Assembly (NCBI RefSeq): GCF_006345805.1 | Contig: NC_043000.1 | Coordinates: 85,002,001-85,066,000 of the forward strand | Direction: 5' to 3' | DNA length: 64,000 nt | Origin: Octopus sinensis | Lineage: Eukaryota | Shown: positions 1 to 11,493 of the stretch, piece after piece | How the letters are laid out: the number at the start of each line of letters is the position of its first letter | How positions within the stretch are numbered: position 1 is the first letter of the stretch | Made by a program: the position numbers and the translations under genes | The notes under the pieces: model-generated | Databases searched by the model: none | The model's input: the letters and a program-made list of their open reading frames with translations, nothing else | Told to the model about the DNA's origin: nothing

Positions 1-745
1 TCTGATGGTTTTATCTATTTTTGCATGGGCAATATAAGTATTCAGTAATACTTGTATAGTGGTATGTCAATCTAAACAGTGAATAACGTGTATTACATTA
101 AAACATACTGCTAAATACACACACACACCACACACACACACATTTTGTTTAGGCATTGCGAGACCAATAACCCGACGTAGAATTCAATATACGTATATTT
201 CAGAACGAACCGTTGGCTGAGTATAGAACGGTAAAAAGAAACAAGAGATGACAAAGGAATAAACGATTTTTGAAGAGGAGGATATAGACACCCAGAACAT
301 GGAAAACAAGACCCGTCAAAGGGCGGAGGAACTCGTAAGAGTCAATAGCCATCCAGTAGTGTGTCTATAGAAGAGTTACCCTCAATGACGAAAAATTCCC
401 CGAGCCTGGGTCACAGAGAAGTCACGGGGAGCAGCATAGCGAATGTGAAGTTATGCATCTTGATCTTCATTCGGTGAAACTACACGACAGAGTCAGAGCC
501 TCTTCAGCCGACTGTCAGTCAAGGGTCAACTAATCTTATTAGAGGTTTACTGGATTATCCATTCAGCCTCCGCCATAGTGGTTAGTCAACCCCTGTACCT
601 AGTAACGTTACTAGTTATGCGTTTCTATCTCCTCCTTTACCTACCTATCTTCATGTATTAATTTATTTTAATTCATTTTAAATTTATTTTTCATTCATCT
701 TCATTTTATTTATATTTCAGTATATTTTAAATATATAATTTAATT

Positions 746-792
<47 letters not shown>

Positions 793-993
793 CGCAGTAG
801 TGGCTGTGTGTTAAGAAGTTTGCTTCCCACCACATGATTCTGAGTTCAATCCCACTGCGTGACATCTTGGGCAAGTATCTTCTATTATAGCCTCGGACTG
901 ACCAAAGCCTTGTGAGTGGATTTGGTAGATGGAAACTGAAAGAAGACCGTCATACACAAACACACACACACATATAAATATATATATCTATAT

Positions 994-1290
994 ATCACCG
1001 TGACCGACCAGGCTATCAGATGTTGCTACACACTGCTGGTCACAATGCGCTTCGCATTGTTTTAGCCTTCAAATGACGCCACCCCGCTGGCTAAGCGAGC
1101 AGGCCAACAGAAGAAAGAGTGAGAGAAAGTCGTGGCGAAAGAGTACTGCAGGAATCGCCACTACTCCCTGCTGGAGATCGTGGAGCTTTAGGTGTTTTCA
1201 CTCAATAAACACCCACAACGCCCGGTCTGGGAATCGAAACCGCGATCCTACGACCGCGAGTCCACTGCCCTGACCACTGGGCCATTGCAC

Positions 1291-1292
<2 letters not shown>
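994..1292 (-). mobile_element. tRNA-derived SINE family D with RTE-like 3' tail
   Basis: Minus strand reads GGTGCAATGGCCCAGTGG (A box)...GGTTTCGATTCCC (B box). Its tail TGTGACCAGC...CTGGTCGGTCACGGTGAT matches the RTE 3' end at 31350-31420. Confidence 0.8.
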
Positions 1293-1344
<52 letters not shown>

Positions 1345-1681
1345 TAAGAGATAATGGTATCATTGAGACCCAAAGGTGTCAGGTAATGCTGAATAAGTGC
1401 TATAGACAGACCATAGTTAAGTTCCAGATTCGGTAATATTGCGAATAAAAGGTTCAACGTTGGTTCTATGTCACCGTATGTATATATGAATTTTTAGCGT
1501 AATGAGATACAAAAACTAAGGCTGTATAGATATTAGAGCATTTATAGATAGAAGGTCTTACAGCTGTTTCTAGAATATTAATTAATATTTCAATTAATAT
1601 TCTAGAAACAGCTGTAAGACCTTCTATCTATATATGCTCTAATATATATATACAGCCTTGGTTTTTTTTTATCTCATTCGC
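1345..1681. mobile_element. Penelope-like terminal fragment ending in a fold-back inverted repeat
   Basis: Inverted arms ~1498-1583 and 1592-1681, each carrying GAAACAGCTGTA (hammerhead 3' half), flanked by (TA)n. The Penelope assignment is inferred from this architecture. Confidence 0.5.
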
Positions 1682-1754
<73 letters not shown>

Positions 1755-2015
1755 TGTATGTATTTATGTATTTGTGTGCCTGTGTTTATCAACCCATCAT
1801 CGCTTGACAACTGATGTTGGTGTATTTACGTCCCGCAACTTAGCGGTCAGGCAAAAGAAACTGATATAATAAGTACTAGAATAAACCCTGGGATCGATTT
1901 GCTTGACTAAAGATGGTGCTCCGGCATGGCCGCACTCAAATGACTGAAACATGGTAAAACAATAAAAGAATACACACACACACACACATACATACTTATA
2001 TATATATATAATATA

Positions 2016-3028
2016 CTAGCAGTATCGCCCGGCGTTGCTCGGGTTGTAAGGGAAATAACTATATAAGCATTTTTAGAGAGTTATAGCCAAAAAGTAGCAA
2101 AAAAATGCATTAAAAATTGAAAAAAAATTAAGGTAAATTTTTCTTTAAATCGTTGACACATCGTAGATATTTTTAGAGAGTTACTTCCCTTATATAAAGG
2201 CGAAAAAATGCATTAAAATTAAAAAATATGATGGTAATTTTTTTTAAATCGTAGACTCATCGTAGACGCGCGCTAATACCAGAAAGGGCTCGTTTGTTAT
2301 TCTGGGTAACTTTCTGTAAAATTATTAAAAATTGTTCAAACATCGCTATAGAAAATGGGTTATTAGCTAATATTCAATTGGGTATACAACAAAATTTTAC
2401 GATAGAATTTGTTATCTGGGTAACTTTCTGATACCCTAATAATATTTATGGCAAAATAGGCCTTAATTTCATTTAAGGTTGTGGGAAATAACAAACTATC
2501 CTTTCTTTCGGTTTGTTTACGTTTAGCGTAATGATTTCAAATGGCTCATTCGAAAAAGTAAATAGAATAGTCTAAGGCTTTACTCTTCTGGGAAAGTCTG
2601 TGGCTTGGTCCAGTTTTTCAGAAACTCACCGAAAGAAACAGTTTTTTAAATTTTCACTCCATTCAGGTGCCATTCGTTTTCTTTATCGCTGTCGGATTCA
2701 CTGTTTTCACTTTAATAGCTGCAAACTTGCAAAGACAAAGGAGGAGAAGGGTGATAGCGTGAGTGAAACAATTCGCTCCCTTTGTGTGTGTGTGCGTTTG
2801 CGTGTGGTGTAAACCAGACTAAGAAAAGCATTTGACACACACCAGAATGTGAGTTTTCTGTAAATTTTGCTTAATTGGAGTTTAAATTTTAAAAACTGGA
2901 CCTGGCATGACGCGATGCATTGTACTCTTAAAACTGCTAAGTAAATTGTAATTGAAGAAATCCTATATTGTAGATTTCTATAACTCCCAAAGGGAGGCAG
3001 ATAAAATCTGCCTTTTATAATAATGAGA
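2016..3028 (-). mobile_element. Full-length non-autonomous Helitron-like element (1013 bp)
   Basis: Minus strand A|TC start at 3028. Subterminal hairpin AGGCAGAT-aaa-ATCTGCCT (2995-3013). GC-rich hairpin CCCG...CGGG (2028-2043) followed by CTAG|T (2016-2019). No TSD. Confidence 0.8.
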
Positions 3029-3068
3029 TATTATATTATTATATATATATATATAATATATATATATG

Positions 3069-3122
<54 letters not shown>

Positions 3123-3494
3123 ATTTGCTTTTATCCATTCCTTAACTTGATCGGCATATAACAATAAGCAAGCCGACACTACAAATACGGTACATTGTTC
3201 CTGGAGACCGCTCATGAAGCGAAAACTCGTAAAACAAAGCAATAATTTCCCAAAATAGCAATGTTATAAATCGCAATTCTTTCCCAGAAAAATAGTTTAC
3301 CCATAAAATTTATAAAACTCGTAAATAAATGGCAAGGAAACAACAGTAGAATGTGCAGAATATTTTATATAAGTTAAAAGAATGTCTAGATCATTAACAA
3401 TAAAAATATTATTATTATAATCGTTTTCTGAATCACTTCTAGACGTGATTCACAAGCTCTCGTAGACAGGCTTTCACCTTCTCTTTTTTTCTCT

Positions 3495-3680
3495 TTTTCT
3501 TGTTTCAGTCAATTGACTGCGGCCATGCTGGAGCACCGCCTTTCGTCGTGCAAATCGACCCCAGGACTTATTCTTTGTAAGCCTAGTACTTATTCTATCG
3601 GTCTCTTTTGCCGAACCGCTAAGTTACGGGGACGTAAACACAACAGCATCGGTTGTCAAGCGATGTTGGGGGAGGGACAA

Positions 3681-3718
<38 letters not shown>

Positions 3719-3944
3719 GTATATATATATATATATATATAATATTATATATATATATATATATATACATACATACATACATACATACATTATACGATGG
3801 GCTTCTTTCAGTTTCCGTCTACCAAATCCACTCACAAGGATTTGGTCGGTCCGAGGCTATAGTAGAAGACACTTGCCCAAGGTGCTGAACCCGGAACCAT
3901 GTGGTTCGTAAGCAAGCTACTTACCGCACAGCCACTCCTACGCC
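3495..3944 (-). mobile_element. SINE family A, full length
   Basis: Complete head-to-tail match to the family A consensus, with internal (CA)n/(TA)n. Confidence 0.9.
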
Positions 3945-4346
3945 TTGTAGATTTCTTTTTAAAAAAAACAAGCCTAGAGTTGTTTGCCTAGAAGAAGCAT
4001 TTTTTCGCTCTCTATAAACTTCTCGGTAACACGCAGAAGCATTTGTTATGGTAGTAGAAATTTTTGCACTGCGTTCAAAGTTTGGATCTTGTGCTTTAAC
4101 TTTTTGTCTATTATAATAAAATAAAGCACGTAAACCCGAACTCTCATAAAGTGAGGTATTACTGTATACATACATACATACACGCACACGCACACACACA
4201 CACACAATATAATTCATTTTTTGCCTTTTGTTTTATTCGCATACGCTCCCGAAATGATGAAAGGTAAAGCCTAGAACTTATTCTATCGATCTCTTTTGCT
4301 GAACCACTAGATTGCAGGGACATAAACACACCAGCGTTGGTTGCCA

Positions 4347-4560
4347 ACGCTCCCGAAATGATGAAAGGTAAAGTCGACCTTGGCAGAATTTGAACTCAGA
4401 ACGTGAAGACGGACGAAATGCCGCTAAACAACATCTTTCGCGGCGTGCTAACGATTCTGCCAGGCTCAATAACATTGGTTTCAAATTTTGGCAAAAGGCC
4501 AGCAACGTTGGTGGAGGGTTAAGTTGAGTACATCAACCCCAATGCTCAACTGGTACATAT
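4347..4560 (-). mobile_element. SINE family B copy
   Basis: GAAAGGTAAAGTCGACCTTGGCAGAATTTGAACTCAG motif and head remnant CGTGCTAACGATTCTGCCAG. Confidence 0.75.
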
Positions 4561-4649
4561 TTTATCGACTCCGAAAGGAAGAAAGGTAAAGTCGACCGCA
4601 ACAAAATTTCCACACAAAACGTGAAGACTATCTATAATATTCGAAACTT

Positions 4650-4865
4650 TTAAGGCGGCGTGTCGGCAGAATCGTTAGTACACTGAGCAAAATGCTTAAC
4701 GGCATTTTCTCTGCTCTGGGTTCAAATTCTGCCGGAGTCGACTTTGCCCTTCATCCATTCAGAGTCGATAAAATAAGTGCGAGCTAAGCACTGGGATCGA
4801 TGTAATCGACTTAGCTCCCTCTCCTGAAATTGCTGGCTTTGTGCCAAAATTTGAAACCAATATTC
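4650..4865 (+). mobile_element. SINE family B (B1 tail type)
   Basis: AAGGCGGCG...TGGGTTCAAATT (B box)...GTCGACTTTGCCCTTCATCC, with tail ...GTGCCAAAATTTGAAACC. Confidence 0.8.
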
Positions 4866-4974
4866 AAAACAATTTGCTATATTATTTCTCGGGAAGAAAT
4901 GTAATTTGATATAATAATGTTTATCAAGCGCTTGGATAACCTTTGTATGAAATACTTATATATTCAAGCGTGTT

Positions 4975-5559
4975 TATCCATCCATCTCCTCCGTACGCTA
5001 TTTCTGGTGTAGGGAGGGAGTTCTCAAATTCCTCTTTTATAGGTTCATGTCAGAGGTAACCGCCATTAGACTTTCTGGCTGGATTCCCAAGTGTAACTGA
5101 GACTATGGATATTATCCAACCATCTTGTTTTTTGTCTACCCTTAAGCTTCCTACTGGTTGGCTCGGCTTCAAGAATCCATCTTGCGGTTCTTTCCCGCGA
5201 AATTTTCATCACATGCCCGTAGTACCGGAGCGGTAACCTCTTAATGCAGAGAAGTAGCGGCATGATTTAGAAAGATTTCCTAATCTCGGGAGAGATCTTC
5301 TGTTAAATAAAGTTACGCCAGAGAAGTTTCGGTGTAACCTCATTTCGGCATACTTATTAACATTATGACTAAAATAGGCCCCTGTTTTCATTTTCCTATC
5401 AGATTTGGATGGTACAGCCTTATCGATATAAAGCGGTATAAACACAAGTCTACATGGACGGTCTTCATATTGAAAACAACGCAGTACTCTGTGTTCTAAT
5501 ACATCCAATTTAAGTAGGAGATAAATATTACCTTTTGGTACTAATACTGCTTCTGTTGC

Positions 5560-5560
<1 letters not shown>
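4975..5560 (-). mobile_element. Degraded RTE-clade LINE 3' end
   Basis: Translations AEMRLHRNFSGVTL and LRYYGHVMKISRERTARWILEAEPTSRKLKGRQKTRWLD resemble the RTE C-terminus (RLRWYGHV...GRPKTRW). Frameshifted. Confidence 0.8.
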
Positions 5561-5610
<50 letters not shown>

Positions 5611-5617
5611 CAATAAT

Positions 5618-6172
5618 TGCCCTGATGCAGTACTAGGCAGTTGCTCTCGTGGCTTCTGATCTTAACTGATTGAAAGTGTTATCATGTACATTGTTTTGTC
5701 TTGGTATAAAAGATGGACTACAGCAAACATTCTGCTCAATACCACAGATTTGCTTGTCAGTTGTTTGACCTTAATCAGTTGACCATGTCCCTTAGTGGCT
5801 GACGATATGTGCATCTCTGATCACGAGCAGAAGTAGTGGAGGGAGCATCATAGCTATGTGTTGAGATGGATTCTTTGGGGTGTTAATGATTCACCTCTGG
5901 AAACATTGGTGTTTCGTTCAACATCCTTAAACAACCCTTATTCAGGGACCTTTTGAGCGGATGTGTTACTCGACCAGAACAAAATTCTAACTGAGCCCCA
6001 CCTGCAAGGTCATGTACTGTTCATCTTGATATGAGATCACATTGTTTCGCACTTATGGTTGTGATGCATGTGCCTAGTGTACCTTTATCAGACAGGTAGT
6101 CATGATGGGTATACTGGGCTTCGTATATTTTACCCTAGTGTCACTTTCATGGCATGCACTGCTCTCTCGCTC
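5618..6172 (+). mobile_element. ~555-bp non-coding element embedded in (AAT)n, copy 1
   Basis: Starts TGCCCTGATGCAGTAC, ends CTCTCTCGCTC-(AAT)n. Near-identical copies at 21172, 21754, 40529 (minus) and 48622. Confidence 0.85.
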
Positions 6173-6241
<69 letters not shown>

Positions 6242-6274
6242 CATAATTTATATACATATATATATATATATACA

Positions 6275-6816
6275 CACGGTGGCCCAAAGGTAGTTTTACA
6301 GTTATCACGTTTTAGTTTCAGCTTATGCATTAAGCGTTGCAATGATGTTCTTGATATGGATAGTTCTAAAGAACCACTTCATGTGGACTTATTCGGACTG
6401 TTCACAAATACCATAGCCATTAACATCTCATTTTTTTCAGTCACAGAAGTCTTAGGGCGTCCAGATTTTGGTGCATTACTCACTGAACCTGAAGCATCAA
6501 ATTTATTTCTTATTCGATAAATTATCTGGTGTGAAGGTAGAGGAGTGTAAAAAGGCTTTTTGCTATTCTGTGCGTACCTGCTCGGCATTTTCAGACTTCC
6601 AATACTGCTTTAGTATCCACTTTCTTTGCTCCTGATTTAGATTGTTTACCACAGTTCACACTAAAAAAATTTACAAACTGAAAAGGGTGCTTGACAAAAT
6701 TAACTAAATCAGCATAGAATAATGGTCTCATATTCTTTTATAATTAAGGTCTAAACTGTTAATATATGAATGCGAAAGAGATAGTTGAATAACTGTAAAC
6801 CTACTTTTGGGCCACC

Positions 6817-6819
<3 letters not shown>
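6275..6819 (-). mobile_element. Internally deleted Tc1/mariner element (transposase N-terminal HTH remnant)
   Basis: ~30-bp TIRs CA(C/G)GGTGGCCCAAA(G/A)GTAG(T/G)TTTACAGTTAT, with TA at the right end. Minus-strand RIRNKFDASGSVSNAPKSGRPKTSVT resembles a mariner-type HTH/GRPR-like linker. Confidence 0.85.
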
Positions 6820-6874
<55 letters not shown>

Positions 6875-7400
6875 TATATTATATATATATATATATATGT
6901 GTGTGTTAATAAAATAGAATATATGCATATATATAAACATATATGTACGTACCTACCTCTACATGTACATATACACGCATATATGTGTACAGGACACCAA
7001 AAAGACGTCGAACACATAGAGAGACGAAACACATAGACACAAACCAAGGAACAAGACAAGCAAAAAAAAGGGAGAGATACAGGACAATAAGCACAACGAA
7101 AAATCCTCTTCTTCAGTCGCTAAGATTTCATCTACTAAACGTTTCGAAGGATAAAAGCGAGACGTATACTTCGAAGAAAAATTCCTTCCCGCGAAAAGCA
7201 AATCAATTAAAATTCTGAGATCTTTTCGCAGAGGGGTAAAAAAAAAAAAAAGCAAGACGGTAACGACAGTACAAACATATAAACAGTAAAAAATATATAT
7301 ATAAACAGTGGAAAAATAAATATATAACAGTGAGAGACAGGACAAGGAGAATATATATACATATATATAATGTGTGTGTGTATGTGTGTGTGTTCTTTTA

Positions 7401-7781
7401 TTCTTTTACTTGTTTCAGTTATTTGACTGCGGCCATGTTGGAGCACTGCCTTTAGTCGAACAAATAGATCCCAGGACTATAAATTTTAAGCCTAGTACTT
7501 ATCCTATTGGTCTCTTTTGCCGAACCACTAGGTTACGGGGACCTAAACACGCCATCATCAGTTATCAAGCGATGTGGGGGTAACATACGCAGACACACAA
7601 TCACACAGACACGCACACACATGCGACGGGCTTCTTTCAGTTTCCGCCTACCAAATTCACTCACAAGGTTTTGGTCGGCCCGAGGCTATAGCAGAAGACA
7701 CTTACCCAAGGTTGCACGCTGTGGGACTGAATCCGGAACCATGTGGTTGGTAAGCAAGCTACTTACCACTCACGCCTGCGC
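7401..7781 (-). mobile_element. SINE family A, full length
   Basis: Complete match to the family A consensus. Confidence 0.9.
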
Positions 7782-7783
7782 CT

Positions 7784-7855
<72 letters not shown>

Positions 7856-7945
7856 CGTGCGTGTGTGTTTGTGTCTGTGTATACATTTATATATTGCTGG
7901 TGCTGGAAAACATTATAAACTGCTACTTTGAATATAGATCCACAC

Positions 7946-8233
7946 CAGTGGTTCTCTGCCAGGATTCATGTGGCCCTTTGGGGTCCGTGTGGCCCTTTAA
8001 GGTCCATGTGGCTCTTTGGGGGCTATGTAAGATTTTGTTTTTAAAAATTTTTGCGCAATAAATTGGTTACACTTCTGAAATATACAAATTATTTTAATAA
8101 TTATTTTTATACAATTCCGAATAACATTTAATTATAAAAAAATGTAATAAAATTTTTGAAACATCGAATGCCTAAGAGGGTACACCTAAGTATAAAATAA
8201 GAATCAAAGGTAAAAAATAGTTGAGAAACCCTA
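7946..8233. mobile_element. Possible hAT/Charlie-like MITE
   Basis: Left end CAGTGGTTCTC and right end reverse complement TAGGGTTTCTCAAC. Flanking 8-mers ATCCACAC and TTCTACAT match 5/8. Three internal ~20-bp repeats. Confidence 0.4.
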
Positions 8234-9157
8234 TTCTACATGATCAAGTCAGAGTTTGCCTAAACGGCAGCAACCAACAATACTCAAAAGCAGCAGCAGC
8301 AGCTGTTGTTGTTGTGGTGGTGGTTGTCGATGATGATGATAATGATGTTGCTGCTGTTGTCTTTATAAACTACAATTTGAAAGTTTTATAAACATCTAAG
8401 CTGAAACGAAACTTATGACCAAAAACCAAAGAAATAAAGAAAAATCAACAACAAACTCGAGATGTTGAGTGGAAAAGGGATTATTATTGTTTAAGATGGA
8501 GACGGTTCCAATCTTTTAAACTAAAACAACATTAAAAAAGCATATCAAGAACAATGTAATATCAAATTAAGAATATTTGCACTGATTACAAACCAAATAT
8601 TGACATGTTGTCATAATGAACTTTTCTTAGAGGGATTTTAGTTTTTGTCTCGACAGTAAAATATTTTATCTGCGAGAAGAATTCAAAATAAACAGAGAAA
8701 CATAAATGAAATATAAAAATATTTGAAGAACAAAAACACGTAAGGAACAGCTATGGTGTCAAGAAATATTAGATGAAATCAAAGTTGAAACGACAGTTGA
8801 TAGCAGGGTGAGTGAGGGGTGGAGGAAACGGTCGTTGGAATCATAACAAAGGTTTAAAAAAATACTGTGTATTTTAATGAAAAAACAGATGAAAATGAAT
8901 GCTATAATGGAAGTTGAAATTGATCTCTCCGACTAAGTAGAAACAAAAAACCAACAATAACAATAACAAAAGGCTGTGGTAGGGGTATTGAAATCAACAT
9001 TAGCAACAATAGCATCAACATTCACAACAGAATTTAAAAAGGCAAAAAAAAAACAGAAGAACGATGGCGGTAACAACGATGGCAGTAACAACGATGGCAG
9101 TACCTTCATTTTGTGACAAAGGAGACACTCCAACGACCCGAACGTAAAGACATCAAG

Positions 9158-9198
9158 TAGTGGTGGTGGTAGTGGTGGTGTTGGTGGTGGTGGTGGTG

Positions 9199-9236
<38 letters not shown>

Positions 9237-9372
9237 GGTGGTAGTAGTAGTAGCAGCAGCAATAGCTGCATACCATAACTGTAGCATAGTTGCAGCAGCA
9301 GTAACAACCGCAGCAGTAGCAGCCGCTGCAGTAGTAGTAGTAGTAGTAGTAGTGTAGTAGTAGTAGTAGTAG
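9158..9372. repeat. Compound (GGT/AGT/AGC)n microsatellite
   Basis: Directly visible trinucleotide runs. Confidence 0.95.
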
Positions 9373-9964
9373 TCAAGGCAAATGCACCAGAGGACTCACC
9401 GATTGCCTCAGACATGCACTGGCCTGTTCTCTTCCCCCATCACCTTCCCATACGCAAACATACAAAAAACTGCTTTCTTTACAAATATTACCTCTAAACC
9501 TGCTAAATCTCTTCAAAAGAGGAAAACTTTCGTTGGAATACATTTGCGGCTTATTATTACAGAGGTCCATGTGGTGGGCTGGTAGAAATAGTTCACGATC
9601 CTACGTTATTTCCTACCTTTGCATTTGAGTTCAAATTCTGTGGGTGGAGGTGCTTATCCTTCGTCAGCACAGGATCAATAAGATAACTTTCAGACCCATG
9701 ATCTCTATCGATTCCCTATCTATAACTTTCTGACTGCGAGTCGACCAAAAGTTTCCTCAAACTACACCCGATTGTTGAAAAATCAGGACACGTTTGAGGA
9801 TTGTAGTCCAAGGTACACGGAACCTGAATAAAAGCAAGATGGCTCCGGCTATATTGACTTTGATCACAGAGTTAAAAAAAAAAACAACAGCAGTAAAAAA
9901 TTCATGACTTTGTGCCAAACTTAGAAATTGTTATTATTGAAACGATACCGAATTGTTAACACAT

Positions 9965-10290
9965 TGGACGAAATGCTTAGCGGTATTTCGTCTGCCGTTA
10001 CGTTCTGAGTTCAAATTCCGCCGAGGTCGACTGTGCCTTTCATCCTTTCGGGTTCGATAAATTAAGTACCAGTTACGCACTGGGGTCGATATAATCGACT
10101 TAATCCGTTTGTCTATCCTTGTTTGTTCCCTCTGTGTTTACCCCCCTTGTGGGTAGTAAAGAAATAGGTATTTCCTCCGTCGTTACATTCTGAGTTTAAA
10201 TTCCACCGAGGTTCATCTTTTCGGAGTCGATAAATTAAGTACCAGTGAAATACTGGGGGTCGATGTAATTCCCTCCTCACAGTAGGAACG
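9965..10290 (+). mobile_element. SINE B2 dimer (head-bearing unit plus partial second unit)
   Basis: Junction GTAAAGAAATAGGTATTTC at ~10157-10175. Confidence 0.8.
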
Positions 10291-10673
10291 ATTATTAGAA
10301 CGATGCTTCAACATTATTGGGCAATCCAGTTTACCAGTTGTGTTATAGGTGTTATATTATTTCAAACATTAGCTGATTCCAAATTCCACCGAGTGAATTT
10401 TGTCTTTTATTTCATTCTTTCGGAGTCGATACGATAAATACACGTCAAGCTCTGGCGTTGATGTGATCGACAAGCTACGTCCTCAAGATTTCAGTCTTTT
10501 GCCTATAGTAGAAAGAATTATTATCAATCCTGACAACTAACTGTATTATGGGTGCTATATTATTTCAACATTAAGCGTGAAGGGTGCATGGCTTAGTGAT
10601 TAGAGTGTTGCAATCACGAGATCGTAGTTTCAATACCTGAACCGGGCAATGCGATGTGTTATTGAACAAAATA

Positions 10674-10875
10674 GGTGCAGGAGTAGCTGTGTGGTAAGTA
10701 GCTTGCTTATCAACCACATGGTTCTGGGTTCATTCCCACTGCATATCACCTTGGACAAGTGTCTTCTACTATAGCCTCGAGTCGACCAAAGCCTTGTAAG
10801 TGGATTTGGTAGACGGAAACCGAAAGCAGCCCGTCGTATATATATATATATATATATATGATATTTATTATTGCT

Positions 10876-10921
<46 letters not shown>

Positions 10922-11121
10922 TGTGTCTGTGTTTGTCCCCCAACATCGCTTGACAATTGATGCTGGTATGTTTACGTCCTCGTAACTTAGCGGTTCGGCA
11001 AGAGAGAATACGTACTAGGCTTACAAAGAATAAATCCTGGGGTCGATTTCTTCGACTAAAGGCGGTGCTCCAGCATGGCCGCAGTCAAATGACTGAAACA
11101 AGTAAAAGAGTAAAGAAAGTA
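10674..11121 (+). mobile_element. SINE family A, full length (preceded by a family E head at ~10580-10670)
   Basis: GGTGCAGGAGTAGCTGTGTGG through GAAACAAGTAAAAGAGTAAAG. Confidence 0.9.
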
Positions 11122-11493
11122 AAACGCTTCATTTTACGTTGCTCTGCGGTCACTTCAACACCTGATGTGTGATGCGCCGCGCACCATTTCAGGTAATGTC
11201 GATTTTTATGGAGGGAGTGACCTAATGTGCAGCACATGCATTTGATTACGATAAACAAATCATTTGTGCAGGTTGATCAGCAACAAATTGCAGAACCGTC
11301 TTTCTCGGGCTACGAAAGATTTACCAATATTACTGGTTTCGAATTTTAGTACAAGACCAGCAATTTCGAGGGAGCGAGCTTATAGAATACGTCGACCCCC
11401 AGCACACAACTGATACTTCAGTGGAATTTGAACTGATAACGTAAAGACGGACGAAATGCCGCTGTGCATTTAGCTCGGCATGCTCAAGATTCT

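Larger units (their letters stand above)
791..1970 (+). mobile_element. tRNA-derived SINE family A, interrupted in its internal microsatellite by other insertions
   Basis: Head GGCGCAGTAGTGGCTGTGTG with a B-box-like TGAGTTCAATCCC at 791-955. Tail half (TCGCTTGACAAC...GCATGGCCGCA...TGACTGAAAC) at ~1765-1970. Same consensus recurs more than 12 times in the window. Confidence 0.85.

Noticed and set aside
180-720. Unique-looking sequence resembling Penelope flanks (ATGGAAAACA(A/G)GAC motif also near 32060 and 36105)
   Set aside because: Similarity is too short to assign, with no ORF or complete ribozyme motif.
3513-3911. Recurring ORFs containing ASFSFRLPNPLTRLWSARGYSRRHLPKV
   Set aside because: Antisense read-through of SINE family A, repeated at many loci. 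Not a gene family.
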